From Alphaproteobacteria bacterium 16-39-46 (GTDB lineage: Bacteria > Pseudomonadota > Alphaproteobacteria > 16-39-46), in contig NCGZ01000003.1 in assembly GCA_002257235.1 (NCBI GenBank), positions 1-44,906 on the forward strand: DNA of 44,906 nucleotides, in the 5' to 3' direction. A model generated the notes under the pieces. It saw only the letters and a list, made by a program, of their open reading frames with translations, searched no databases and was not told where the DNA came from. Below are positions 1 to 10,281 of this stretch, piece by piece. The position numbers and the translations under genes were made by a program. Position 1 is the first letter of the stretch. The number at the start of each line of letters is the position of its first letter.

Positions 1-287
1 AAACAAAAATTACAAAAATTGGCTGTGTCTTTCAACTCTATTTTTTATGGTGATATAAGATTCAAATTTTTACGCCATGAAAAGTTGAGAATCGCGTTAT
101 AATTATTTATGAAGCACTTGTTTGTGTCAAGAATTTAAATTTTTGCGTAAACCAGAGTAAATTAAGGCGGAAAATTTTGTTTCACAGCTTTTTCTTGTCT
201 TGAACGTTTAATAGATGTATTTGATGAGAGAGTTGTTGTAATTTTATTGAAAATTTGAGGATGTGTTGGTTTAAGGAAATCTAAGAA

Positions 288-3071
288 ATGTTGAGTTATA
301 AAGAAACCGTTTTTTTGCCCCAGACTTCTTTTCCCATGAAAGGGAATTTGCCCGCTCTTGAGCCAAAAATACTCGAAATGTGGCAGAGTGAAAATCTCTA
401 TGAAAAAATTCAGGAGAAGGCAGAAGGTAAGCCTTCTTATATTCTCCATGATGGACCTCCCTATGCCAATGGGCATCTTCATATGGGACATGCTCTCAAC
501 AAAATTCTAAAAGATGTCATTTTAAAATTTTATCATCTCTATGGGTATCGTGTTCCTTTTATTCCTGGTTGGGATTGTCATGGTCTCCCCATTGAGTGGA
601 AAATTGAAGAAGAATATCGCAAAAAGGGCATTTCAAAGGAAGAAATTCCCGTTGTGGCGTTTCGGGCTGAATGCAGAGCTTACGCTCAAAAATGGGTTGA
701 GATACAATCTCAAGAGCTCCAACGTCTTGGTGTCTTAGGGGATTGGAAACACCCTTATATTACCATGGATTTTAGATCTGAGGCTTTGGTTGTGAAGGAA
801 ATCTTTTCTTTTTTACAAAAGGGGCTTCTCTATCGCGGCGTCAGACCTGTTTTTTGGTCCGTGGTGGAAAAGACAGCCTTGGCAGAAGCTGAGGTTGAAT
901 ATCATGATCATGTTTCGCCAAGTATTTATGTGGCTTTCCCGATTTCAAAATCAGATGATCCTCTTTTTAAGGAGAGGACTTCTGTTGTGATCTGGACAAC
1001 GACACCGTGGACGCTTCCTGGAAACAGGGCGGTTGCCTATGGAGAAGATATTGATTATGTGCTCTTTGAAGAAGAAAATGGGCAACGATACATTATTGGG
1101 GCCGATCTTCTTCAGAATTTTCAGGAAAAAACCAATGCCCAAGGAAAAGTCCTTAAGACGTTTAAAGGTCATGATTTAAAAGATATTCTTGTGCGTCATC
1201 CTCTCTATAAGGAGGGATATCCTTTAGACGTTCCTCTTTTGCCAGGGGAGCATGTCACAACAGTGCAAGGAACTGGGCTTGTTCATATTGCACCTGGTCA
1301 TGGCGAAGAAGATTTCAGTGTTGGAAAAAAATTTGGATTGGAAATTCCAGAAACGGTGGGGGGAGACGGGCTTTTTTATGCACATGTTCCTCTTTTTAAA
1401 GGAGAGCATGTTTTTAAGGTTAATCCAAAAGTCATTGAAGCTCTCCAAAGAGAAGGAACGCTCCTTCACGCAGAGACGCTCACCCATAGTTACCCCCATT
1501 CTTGGCGCTCAAAAGCGCCTCTTATCTATAGAACTACCCCTCAATGGTTTATTAGCCTAGATAAAGACGGGCTTCGAAAACGTGCTCTTGATCTTATTGA
1601 TCATGATGTCAAGTGGATCCCGGCTCAAGGGAAGAACAGAATAAGGTCCATGGTTGAAAACAGGCCTGACTGGTGCCTGTCTCGGCAACGCACATGGGGG
1701 GTTCCGATTGCAATTTTTACAAATGTTCAAACGGGAGAGACTTTAAACGATCCACGTGTGAACACCCTTATTCTGAAAGCCATTGAAACTGAAGGTGGTG
1801 ATGCTTGGTATAAGGGAGATCCAAAGCGATTTTTGGAAGGTCTTTATGACGAAGATCTCTATGAGCCTGTTATGGATTGTGTGGATGTATGGTTTGATAG
1901 CGGATCTTCCCATTCTTATGTATTGGAAGATCGTGAAGGGTTGTACAGTCCTGCAGATCTGTATGTCGAGGGATCCGATCAACATCGTGGATGGTTTCAA
2001 AGCTCTCTTTTGGAATGCTGCGGAACGCGGGACCATGCCCCTTTTAAAACAGTTTTAACCCATGGATTTGTTTTAGATGAAAAGGGATATAAGATGTCAA
2101 AATCCCTTGGAAATACCGTTCTTCCTCAGAAAATTATTGATGAAATGGGGGCAGATATCTTAAGGCTGTGGGTGGTTAATTCTGACTACAGTGAAGACTT
2201 GCGTGTTGGGGCTGGTATTTTAAAGCATCAACAAGAAATCTATCGCCGGTTTCGCAATACATTACGGTATCTCTTGGGTGCCCTTCAAGGATTCTCCCAA
2301 ACAGAAAAGGTTTCTTATGAAGATTTAGGATCTTTGGAGCGCTATATTTTACATAAGATTTTTGAACTTGAAGCATTGGCTCAAAAAACACGCGAAACTT
2401 TTGATTTTCATCGTTTCTATACAGAGCTCCATACGTTTGTTTCTTCTGATTTATCAGCCTTTTACTTTGATATTCGAAAAGACGTCCTTTATTGTGATTC
2501 TCCCAGTTCGTTGAGACGGCGGTCTGTTCGGACGGTGATGGATATTCTGTTTAATGTTCTTGTTCTTTGGATTTCTCCTGTTTTGAGTTTTACAGCAGAA
2601 GAAGCTTTTAAGAGCAGAGAAGAAAATAAAGAAAGTGTCTTTTTAGAAGAATTGCCTGAAATTCCAAAGGAATGGAAAAATGATAAACTTGGTTTGGTGT
2701 GGGAAGATCTTAGAAATTTGCGACGTGTGTTAACAGGAGCTCTAGAGCTTGAACGCTCAAAGGGAACTTTAGGATCGAGCTTGGAGGCAAATTTGATGGT
2801 GTATGTTGATGATGAAAGAGCCGGTCTTTTTAAAGATACGGATCTTGCAGAGTTTGCCATTGTTTCTCAAGCGTCTCTTATTGAGGAAAATATTCCTGAA
2901 GATGCCTTTACGCTCTCAGATGTCCCTGGAATTGGTGTTCATGTTCTCTTGAGTGAGTATCCAAAATGTGAAAGATGTTGGAAACTGTCTCCTGATATTA
3001 TGTCAGAAGGAGATCATTCAAAGATTTGCGGACGTTGCTCTGATGCTGTTGAGGTTTTTCTAAAGCAATAG
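288..3071 (+). CDS. ileS: Isoleucyl-tRNA synthetase (type 1)
   Basis: 927 aa; LHDGPPYANGHLHMGH (HIGH), GWDCHGLPIE, WCLSRQRTWG, KMSKS and a C-terminal zinc finger (KCERCWK..ICGRC); adjacent to lspA. Confidence 0.99.
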   Translation: MLSYKETVFLPQTSFPMKGNLPALEPKILEMWQSENLYEKIQEKAEGKPSYILHDGPPYANGHLHMGHALNKILKDVILKFYHLYGYRVPFIPGWDCHGLPIEWKIEEEYRKKGISKEEIPVVAFRAECRAYAQKWVEIQSQELQRLGVLGDWKHPYITMDFRSEALVVKEIFSFLQKGLLYRGVRPVFWSVVEKTALAEAEVEYHDHVSPSIYVAFPISKSDDPLFKERTSVVIWTTTPWTLPGNRAVAYGEDIDYVLFEEENGQRYIIGADLLQNFQEKTNAQGKVLKTFKGHDLKDILVRHPLYKEGYPLDVPLLPGEHVTTVQGTGLVHIAPGHGEEDFSVGKKFGLEIPETVGGDGLFYAHVPLFKGEHVFKVNPKVIEALQREGTLLHAETLTHSYPHSWRSKAPLIYRTTPQWFISLDKDGLRKRALDLIDHDVKWIPAQGKNRIRSMVENRPDWCLSRQRTWGVPIAIFTNVQTGETLNDPRVNTLILKAIETEGGDAWYKGDPKRFLEGLYDEDLYEPVMDCVDVWFDSGSSHSYVLEDREGLYSPADLYVEGSDQHRGWFQSSLLECCGTRDHAPFKTVLTHGFVLDEKGYKMSKSLGNTVLPQKIIDEMGADILRLWVVNSDYSEDLRVGAGILKHQQEIYRRFRNTLRYLLGALQGFSQTEKVSYEDLGSLERYILHKIFELEALAQKTRETFDFHRFYTELHTFVSSDLSAFYFDIRKDVLYCDSPSSLRRRSVRTVMDILFNVLVLWISPVLSFTAEEAFKSREENKESVFLEELPEIPKEWKNDKLGLVWEDLRNLRRVLTGALELERSKGTLGSSLEANLMVYVDDERAGLFKDTDLAEFAIVSQASLIEENIPEDAFTLSDVPGIGVHVLLSEYPKCERCWKLSPDIMSEGDHSKICGRCSDAVEVFLKQ

Positions 3072-3104
3072 GTTTGTTTAAAAAATTGATGTTTAAAGGA
3101 GATT

Positions 3105-3638
3105 TTGGGAATGGAATGCACTGGATGCCGGACTAAAATTGTTATCGTTATTGGATTTTTAGGCTCTTTTTTACCCGTCCTCTTTTTAGACCAATTGAGT
3201 AAAATTAAGATTTTAGAGCTTTTAAAGAAAGGATCTTTTGTTGATCCTGTGACGTCCTTTTTTAATATTGTCGAACGTTGGAATAGAGGGATAAGTTTTG
3301 GAATGTTGGGAGATCAGAATCTTTCTCCTTATCTCTTTGTTTCTTTGACAGGCATGATCTGCCTTCTTCTTTTTGTATGGTTTCTCAAAGAAAAAACTCC
3401 CCTGATGGCCGTTTCCATTGGCTTGATTATGGGAGGGGCTCTGAGTAATGCATATGATCGGTTGACAATTGGGGCAGTTTTTGATTTTTTAGAGTTTCAC
3501 TTGTCTCATTATTATTGGCCGGCGTTTAATTTGGCAGATAGTGCAATTGTTTTAGGAGTAGGCTTGCTTTTTTTTAAAAGCCTTATTAAAACAAAACAAG
3601 ATAAAAGGTCTTTTGGACCACAAATGGATGGGAAGTAA
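3105..3638 (+). CDS. lspA: Lipoprotein signal peptidase (signal peptidase II)
   Basis: DQLSK, WNRGISFG, GGALSNAYDR, VFDF and WPAFNLAD motifs; follows ileS. Start could be ATG 3111 rather than TTG 3105. Confidence 0.97.
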   Translation: MGMECTGCRTKIVIVIGFLGSFLPVLFLDQLSKIKILELLKKGSFVDPVTSFFNIVERWNRGISFGMLGDQNLSPYLFVSLTGMICLLLFVWFLKEKTPLMAVSIGLIMGGALSNAYDRLTIGAVFDFLEFHLSHYYWPAFNLADSAIVLGVGLLFFKSLIKTKQDKRSFGPQMDGK

Positions 3639-3640
3639 AA

Positions 3641-4213
3641 ATGCGTCAACGGTTGATCTTAAGTCTTGCTGCTATGGGTGTTGTTCTTTCAGGATGTGAT
3701 GGTGTCCGAAAAACGTTAGGACTCGAGAGAGATCCTCCGGATGAATTCGCCGTGGTCTCGCGGGCTCCTATTTCTTTACCGCCAGATTTTAACACGTTGC
3801 CCACGCCTCAAACGCCAAAACATGGCCATGACGGCAAAAAAGATGTTATTGGGGCCCCGGATAAACGTCCTCAAGAAGATAGTCCTCAACTAAAGGCTCA
3901 AAAAACGGTGTTGGGTCAATCTTCCGTTTTACCCATACCCCACAAGGGAATGATAACAGCCGGGGAGCGCGCGTTTATTCAACGTATCGACCAAAGTCTT
4001 GAAGCGCAGGGTATAGCGCGGGATTCCGTGCCTGATGTTCGAGGCGCTGTCGATCAGGAAACGCATTTCCAGACGGGTAATAAAAAATCATGGGTTCAAG
4101 AGCTTTTATTTTGGCAAAAAGGGGCCGCTCATAAAAAAGAGGCGATTAATCCATCCGAGGAGTACAAAAATCTCCATGGAACTTTGCCAGGGGAAGATGC
4201 TGTCACGCAATAA
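3641..4213 (+). CDS. DUF3035-family lipoprotein
   Basis: Lipobox LSGC; PDEFAVVSRAPISLPPDFNTLPTP is the DUF3035 signature; typical position after lspA in Alphaproteobacteria. Confidence 0.9.
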   Translation: MRQRLILSLAAMGVVLSGCDGVRKTLGLERDPPDEFAVVSRAPISLPPDFNTLPTPQTPKHGHDGKKDVIGAPDKRPQEDSPQLKAQKTVLGQSSVLPIPHKGMITAGERAFIQRIDQSLEAQGIARDSVPDVRGAVDQETHFQTGNKKSWVQELLFWQKGAAHKKEAINPSEEYKNLHGTLPGEDAVTQ

Positions 4214-4250
4214 GCTCTTTTCGAGGGGCTAAAAAAGGATTTCAGTCTTT

Positions 4251-5555
4251 ATGATTTATCAAGATATTTCCGGGTTGTTTCAGACTGGAAAGGAGCATGT
4301 TGGGCTCCATAAAATTGATCTTGAACGGTCCATTCTTCAGGTTTCTCGCGTTTCAGAAAAACTTCGAGAAAATATTGTTCAAAATGCATATCCCTTTTTG
4401 ACAAGTGTTCAAGAAACGGAAGATATCAAGCGTCTTCTCCCTGTTCTTAAGCGATTTTCTGAAAATCTTGAGACGATTATTGTTCTTGGAACGGGAGGAT
4501 CTTCTTTAGGGGGGCAAACTGTAACAGCCCTCCGGGATGGGGGTGTGGGATTTCATTTTTCAAAGCCTTCCCTCTACTTTCTTGAAAATATAGATCCCTT
4601 TACGCTGAATCTTCTCATCAATCATGTTGATCTTGAAAAGACCGGTCTTCTGGTGATTTCAAAGTCGGGGACGACTTCAGAAACGCTTGCGCAGGTTCTC
4701 ACCTGCGAAAAACTCTGGGCACAAAAGAATCTCTCTCCTTTTTTTATCAAAAATACCCTTGTGGTGACGGAGGCCAAATCAAGTCCGCTCCGGCGGTTTG
4801 CGCAATATCTTGGAATTTTATGTCTTGATCATGACCCTAAAGTGGGAGGGCGTTTTTCTGTCTTTTCATTGGTCGGACTTATTCCTTTGATGTGTGCGAA
4901 TTTAGACCCCCTTAAATTGAGACGCGGGGGATACCAAGTTCTTGAAAAGTTTTTAACCAAGAGTATTACAGAATCAACGCCAGCTTTAGGAGCTGCGGCT
5001 CTTTATGCCTTGATGATGGAACGCGGTATTACACAAACTGTTTTAATGCCCTACGTCGATCGTCTCGCGCCTTTTGGACTTTGGTTCAGGCAACTCTGGG
5101 CAGAAAGTCTTGGAAAAGATGGGATTGGACAAACACCGATTCGAGCGATGGGGACCGTCGATCAGCATTCACAACTTCAGCTTTATCTTGATGGGCCAAA
5201 AGATAAGGTTTTTACACTTCTTGGGCTTGAGGGAAAAACAGCTTTTGAAGATAAAGCTCTTTTAAGCTCTAAAGATCCTGAGCTTGACTACCTCGATGAA
5301 ATGTCCTTGGGGTCTCTTTTAAAAGCGGAAGAGCACGCAACCTTTCAAAGCCTCCTTCAAAAAGGATGTCCTGTCCGGCGTCTTTCCTTTAATCGGTTAG
5401 ATGAGGAAGTCTTAGGGGAACTTTTTATGCATTTCATGTTGGAGACCCTTTTAATGGGAACGCTTCTTAAAATAGATCCTTTAACACAACCGGCGGTTGA
5501 GGAAATAAAGCGGCTGACAAAGGTGTATTTGACAGAGGCGAAAAAAGTTAAGTAA
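4251..5555 (+). CDS. pgi: Glucose-6-phosphate isomerase
   Basis: GTGGSSLG, VISKSGTTSET, VGGRFSVFS, QLWAESLGK, GTVDQHSQLQ and QPAVEEIK motifs. Confidence 0.96.
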   Translation: MIYQDISGLFQTGKEHVGLHKIDLERSILQVSRVSEKLRENIVQNAYPFLTSVQETEDIKRLLPVLKRFSENLETIIVLGTGGSSLGGQTVTALRDGGVGFHFSKPSLYFLENIDPFTLNLLINHVDLEKTGLLVISKSGTTSETLAQVLTCEKLWAQKNLSPFFIKNTLVVTEAKSSPLRRFAQYLGILCLDHDPKVGGRFSVFSLVGLIPLMCANLDPLKLRRGGYQVLEKFLTKSITESTPALGAAALYALMMERGITQTVLMPYVDRLAPFGLWFRQLWAESLGKDGIGQTPIRAMGTVDQHSQLQLYLDGPKDKVFTLLGLEGKTAFEDKALLSSKDPELDYLDEMSLGSLLKAEEHATFQSLLQKGCPVRRLSFNRLDEEVLGELFMHFMLETLLMGTLLKIDPLTQPAVEEIKRLTKVYLTEAKKVK

Positions 5556-5644
5556 TTTCTTTTAGTGAGAAAGAAAAGGTGCTATAAAGCTGATTATACT
5601 TTTTAATATCTTTAGTTAAATTCCTTCTTCAAGGATGAATAAGA

Positions 5645-8600
5645 ATGATTTTTTTTAATTTTTTATTTACGAATCGTCCCATTTTTAGAGCTGTTTTAGG
5701 AAGTATTCTTATTTTTCCATGTGCTCTCTATGGACTTGAAGAGAAAGCACCTGAGGTTCAAACCCATAGACCTCTCCCTTCTCAAAGGCAAAAAGACCCC
5801 CAGAAGCCAACTCTTAGCGATCTTGTTATGCGTTCTGGAAATATGTCGGGTGGTTTTCGTGAAGAAAGAGAAGCGCAAAAAAAATTCTTGAAGGACATAC
5901 AACACAAGGCAGAGGCACCCCTTTCAGAAAGGATGCAGGCCGCTCGTGTTTTTCTTTGGCAACATTCTGAGGATGACCTAGAGGATAAACAGGACGCTCT
6001 CAATTTTTTCAGAATGCTTCAACAAGAAGCTGGAATATCCGTGCAAACTAAGATCGAAATCGCTCAAAATTTTCTATCTCCTGGCTTGTTTGAGGAAGAA
6101 GAAAAAGAAAGACAACTTTCTTTTTTTAGAAATTTCTTTCACGAAAGAAAAGGGGAAGAACAAGATCTTATTCGTGTTGCAAGGTTCCTTGCCTCTTATG
6201 AAAAGAGTGAGGATGAGACAAGAACACTTCTTAAATATCTCGAGGAAGCTCTTCGTACAAAACGAGGCTCTCAAGACGGACAAATTGATATTGCGATAGC
6301 TTTTTTATTTCAAGAAAAGAATGCTGGACAAAAAACATTGGGACGAACTTTTCTTTTCTCTTTTTTTAAAGAGCATCAAGACTCTTTAGATGATGTTGAT
6401 GATGTTTTATATCCTCTTCTTCATTATGGGAGTGAAGAACAAAAAGAGGAGATTTATTCTTTTCTTCTAAATCTTATTAAAAATGAGAGAGCTTCTGAGG
6501 AAAACCGAAAAAGTGCTGCAAGTAGTCTTTCTTTCAGTTATTGTCATGCACCTCCTCAATACCAATTACAAGGATATGAATTTCTTTTGGCTCTGTTAGA
6601 AAGAGAGAACGCTTTGTTTTTTGAAGAAATTTGGCTTCAACAAAGTATGAATGATCTTTCTTATAAGTCTTCTCCCCTAAACAGACGTCTCTGTTCTCTT
6701 TTATGTTCTCTTGTACAAAACCCTGAAGCCTCCGCCGAGGACCTTATAGCATGCATTGAGATTCTCAATAATATTGCCGCTCAAGATGACATTACAGAAA
6801 ATAAAGAAGAAGCTTGCAAGGGTTTACTTTTAGCACTTGAAAAGAAAGCAGAGTCCTTCTGTTTTGAACGCCGACTAAAGATTGCAGAAAAGGTCTTTGA
6901 ATTTGGAAATACTTTTCAAAGAGAGCGCTGCGCCCGTCTTTTAAAATCTTTTATTAGAAATGACGCCTCTTTTTCTGAGCATTTTGATATGTATGTTGAG
7001 TTTATTCATTCTTTTAAATATACATCTTTTAGACATAAATCATCTCTGGAGCGAGCTTATATTTTTGACATTTCTCTCTTTATTCTTGAGAGAAGAGGGT
7101 CTACTCTGTCTTTTGAATCACGTCATAAATTTTTAGAAGATTTAAAATATCGGGGTACTCCCTCTCAAAAAGAACGTTGTTGTCACTTGTTTCTTCCTTT
7201 TATTGAAAAAGAGGCAACACCTACCGAACATCTTAAATTTTATGGAGATTTTGTTGAGCAGGTTATGTCTGAGAGTTCTCCATCAGAGGGCTCACAAGGG
7301 TCATTGAGTCCTGTTTTGTTAAGTCTCATGCGGAACGAAAAAACGCCCCTTGAAATCTATAAAAAAAGCTTGCGTTTGCTTTGTGAGAAGGGAACATTAG
7401 AGGAGAAGAAAGCAGCAGAAGCACATTTTTTTTCTCTTTCTTTTGAAAGGCGTCTCACGGTTATAAGAGATTTTTTAGCCTCTATAACAGAAAAAGAAAT
7501 CAATTTGGGGTACGCTTTTTTGATAATGTCACTAGAGGATGAAAGTACTTCTTCTGAAGATCTTGAAGCTTATGTGACTCTTATACAGGATATTCTGTCC
7601 CGTGGCTCCTTTGTGGCTCGTATACAGAATTTTCTGTCTCCTGGCTCCTTTTTGTACTCTGATCTTAAAAGTTCTTTCTGTGAGACCTTATTAAAAATTC
7701 TGAAAAATTCTAAAACATCCTTGGAGGCATGGGACATATGCGTGAGAAACATTTTCCAATTTGGTGAGTTGGAACAAAAGAAAAGAGTGGGAGAAATATT
7801 AAACGAAAATACTTCTCCTGATAAGCTTGAAGCTTGTGGGGCTTATATGAATAATATTCTTTCGGGTAATAGTTTCTTAAATATCAATACCAGTCCTTGC
7901 TGCGAAACCTTGTTAAATATTTTGCGCATTCCTAACACATCCTTAGAGCTGTGGGGAGTCTGTGTAAGAAATATTTTTCGATTTGGTGAATTGGAACAAA
8001 AACAAAGAGCAGGAACGATATTATTAGAAAATGCTCTAGATTCTGAATTAAATCTTGACCGTCGCATAAAGGCCGCCACAAGAATTATTATTTCTGGGCA
8101 GAGAAGAGTTCTTGAAGAGGCAGTTGTGAATGAGGCGCTTTCATTTTTAATGAGCGTCACGCAAAATACAGAAACCCCACAAACGCTCCGAACAGAGGGA
8201 GCACAGGTGCTCCATAATTATGGTAACCAGATTCAAAAAATTTGGGCATATATTGTTTTGTGGACCCCTTTAGAACAAATGCCTTTAGCAAGCCAAATAG
8301 AATTACATACCCTTATAACACATCTTGTACCTGATATTACACAAGCGGCGGGAGAAAATTTTGCAAGAAATTTGTCTCATTGCCCGAGAGAAAATTGGGA
8401 AGATCAGCTTCAAAGAGAACGACGATTTTTACATCTCGAAGCGCATTTTATGAATGTGGATATTCAAACGCGTTATAGGGTAGGAGGACTGATACAGGCA
8501 ATAAGAAATTTGACTCCCGTTGAACAGAATAATTTGTTGGAAAATTCTATACTTGTCTGCGAAGAATATTTACGCCTCGCAAGAGAGGCAACTTTGACCC

Positions 8601-9382
8601 AAGAAAGAGAGATGCCTTTACCGCTTAGGTTACCAGAAGAGGTTGCTTTTGAGATCCATAATTATTCAAATAATATTCATCGGGATATCGTAACATATTT
8701 AGATTCTCAATTACAAAAAGCCTCTTATCCTTACCTTTCTTATGAAGAAGCTATGCGCACCATTCAAGAATGGATTAGAACTGCTAAAAATATTCAGGCT
8801 GAAAATCAAGACGTGGCTTTACAGGCTATAGTTCATGGAATGAATGGCCCTGAATCTCAAGATTGCCTTAGGCGTTGTCTTACATTTGTGACAAAACTCC
8901 ATCCGGATACACTTAATGTCTATATGAATGGATTTATTACAGAATCTATCACAGCTTATCTAGGAAGAAATAATCCTGAAAGTTGTGCAAAAGGCGTGAG
9001 CGAACGCGCTTTAACTGGGCTGCGCGGCACAGATGAATCTCTTGAAGTTTTTTTTCATAAAGCAGAAGCTCTTCAATCTGCAAAAGCATTTTTCGCCATG
9101 TGTAATTTTGGGTATTCTGAAGAAAAAAATCACTGGATGGTAAAAAAACTGCTCGAGCTCGGAATCACCGTTGAAACTCTTCCAAGAGAAGCAGCGCAAC
9201 GATTTGGTGAATATGCTAACGCACACATAAGAAGCTTAAATCTCCAGGAAAATGAATCAGAATATTTAGGGCAGGTGGTTGCGATCGTATCATCTATTGA
9301 AGATTTTTACGATTACCTTCAAGACGGAATTTCTCAATCAATTCAAGCTTCTGCTGATAACACCGAATCTCTACCTTCTTAA
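5645..9382 (+). CDS. Large secreted alpha-helical (HEAT-like) repeat protein, putative effector with a distinct C-terminal domain
   Basis: 1245 aa; N-terminal signal-like segment ending ALYG-LEE; degenerate ~75-85 aa helical repeats; C-terminal AFEIHN...AY...SCAKGVSER region. Confidence 0.75.
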   Translation: MIFFNFLFTNRPIFRAVLGSILIFPCALYGLEEKAPEVQTHRPLPSQRQKDPQKPTLSDLVMRSGNMSGGFREEREAQKKFLKDIQHKAEAPLSERMQAARVFLWQHSEDDLEDKQDALNFFRMLQQEAGISVQTKIEIAQNFLSPGLFEEEEKERQLSFFRNFFHERKGEEQDLIRVARFLASYEKSEDETRTLLKYLEEALRTKRGSQDGQIDIAIAFLFQEKNAGQKTLGRTFLFSFFKEHQDSLDDVDDVLYPLLHYGSEEQKEEIYSFLLNLIKNERASEENRKSAASSLSFSYCHAPPQYQLQGYEFLLALLERENALFFEEIWLQQSMNDLSYKSSPLNRRLCSLLCSLVQNPEASAEDLIACIEILNNIAAQDDITENKEEACKGLLLALEKKAESFCFERRLKIAEKVFEFGNTFQRERCARLLKSFIRNDASFSEHFDMYVEFIHSFKYTSFRHKSSLERAYIFDISLFILERRGSTLSFESRHKFLEDLKYRGTPSQKERCCHLFLPFIEKEATPTEHLKFYGDFVEQVMSESSPSEGSQGSLSPVLLSLMRNEKTPLEIYKKSLRLLCEKGTLEEKKAAEAHFFSLSFERRLTVIRDFLASITEKEINLGYAFLIMSLEDESTSSEDLEAYVTLIQDILSRGSFVARIQNFLSPGSFLYSDLKSSFCETLLKILKNSKTSLEAWDICVRNIFQFGELEQKKRVGEILNENTSPDKLEACGAYMNNILSGNSFLNINTSPCCETLLNILRIPNTSLELWGVCVRNIFRFGELEQKQRAGTILLENALDSELNLDRRIKAATRIIISGQRRVLEEAVVNEALSFLMSVTQNTETPQTLRTEGAQVLHNYGNQIQKIWAYIVLWTPLEQMPLASQIELHTLITHLVPDITQAAGENFARNLSHCPRENWEDQLQRERRFLHLEAHFMNVDIQTRYRVGGLIQAIRNLTPVEQNNLLENSILVCEEYLRLAREATLTQEREMPLPLRLPEEVAFEIHNYSNNIHRDIVTYLDSQLQKASYPYLSYEEAMRTIQEWIRTAKNIQAENQDVALQAIVHGMNGPESQDCLRRCLTFVTKLHPDTLNVYMNGFITESITAYLGRNNPESCAKGVSERALTGLRGTDESLEVFFHKAEALQSAKAFFAMCNFGYSEEKNHWMVKKLLELGITVETLPREAAQRFGEYANAHIRSLNLQENESEYLGQVVAIVSSIEDFYDYLQDGISQSIQASADNTESLPS
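7538..8023 (+). repeat. Intragenic tandem duplication (two ~75-88 aa units) with a nested 39-bp duplication
   Basis: CETLLKILKNSKTSLEAWDICVRNIFQFGELEQKKR vs CETLLNILRIPNTSLELWGVCVRNIFRFGELEQKQR; 7582-7615 vs 7621-7654 match at 29/34 nt. Confidence 0.9.
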
Positions 9383-9502
9383 AAGAAGACACTAACTCTG
9401 ATTAAGGCGAAGAGGACAGTGGATCCGCTTTTTCTTCCTTGCTAGATCCAAAGGAGTGAGGAAACCCAAATGGTTCTTCTTCTGTTGTACTTTATTTTTG
9501 AA

Positions 9503-9547
9503 TCATTGAATTAAAAAAAAGAATATGCGATTATCATTTTTAGTTTC
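9503..9547 (+). repeat. 45-bp direct repeat, copy 1 (promoter-like, TTGAAT-17 bp-GATTAT)
   Basis: tcattgaattaaaaaaaagaatatgcgattatcatttttagtttc; 40/45 identical to 10198-10242. Confidence 0.85.
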
Positions 9548-9583
9548 GCCGATCAAAATAAAGTAGTTGAGGAGAGAAGTAAT

Positions 9584-10102
9584 ATGACTCAATTTCCAAT
9601 TTCATATATCTATAAGCCCAAGATATCAGGCATGATTTTTGGTTTATGTTTTTCTGCATTCTGTGCTTACTTTTATATGGAAATGGCACTCACGAAGGAT
9701 CAAGGATTAAAACTTAAAGTTCCTTTTGGATGGGCGTTTTCATTTTCTCCTTCTGAAGCAACTTTATTTTATTGGATTTTATTCATCATCTGTTGTGGGC
9801 TGTCCCTCTTAAGCCTTTTAGGATTTATATGCATTTATCGTTCTTCAAAGGTAGAGGCAAAAATTATTTTTACAAACAAGGAAATGCTTATTCCTTCAAG
9901 TATATTTAATCCTCGTAAAACTTTAGTCATTCCATATATTAACATTCTTTCTTTGCACCTTCATCAAGTAGGTAGAATTCGGTTATTAAAAATTGTTCAT
10001 CAAAAGGGAAAAATATATGTGAGGGAAAGTTTCTTACCCCAAAAATTCATGTTTGATGAAATTATTAATATCCTCAATCACGAAAAATGCAATCTGAAAT
10101 AA
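9584..10102 (+). CDS. Hypothetical membrane protein (two TM helices plus a small beta-rich C-terminal domain)
   Basis: 172 aa ORF with RBS gaggag; two hydrophobic stretches; very AT-rich codons. Confidence 0.7.
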   Translation: MTQFPISYIYKPKISGMIFGLCFSAFCAYFYMEMALTKDQGLKLKVPFGWAFSFSPSEATLFYWILFIICCGLSLLSLLGFICIYRSSKVEAKIIFTNKEMLIPSSIFNPRKTLVIPYINILSLHLHQVGRIRLLKIVHQKGKIYVRESFLPQKFMFDEIINILNHEKCNLK

Positions 10103-10197
10103 TCAAAGAACGACTTCCTTTTCCATCCTATATTCAAAGCAGGTGATATCACCGGGTATTTTCAATTTCTTCAAGAACTCCTGATCGTAAAATGATC

Positions 10198-10242
10198 TCA
10201 TTGAATTAAAAAAAGGAATATGCAATTGTCATTTTAGGTTTC
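10198..10242 (+). repeat. 45-bp direct repeat, copy 2 (probable mutL promoter)
   Basis: tcattgaattaaaaaaaggaatatgcaattgtcattttaggtttc, ending 39 nt upstream of the mutL ATG. Confidence 0.85.
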
Positions 10243-10281
10243 TAAAAAAAAGAATTATGATCGGTGTAAGGGGTTTTATTC

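Noticed and set aside
162-2860. Short alternative-frame and antisense ORFs overlapping ileS (and likewise those inside pgi, mutL, glyA, tlc, hppA, holB, metG, tatD and MBL)
   Set aside because: They lie within well-supported genes and have no recognisable motifs; shadow ORFs.
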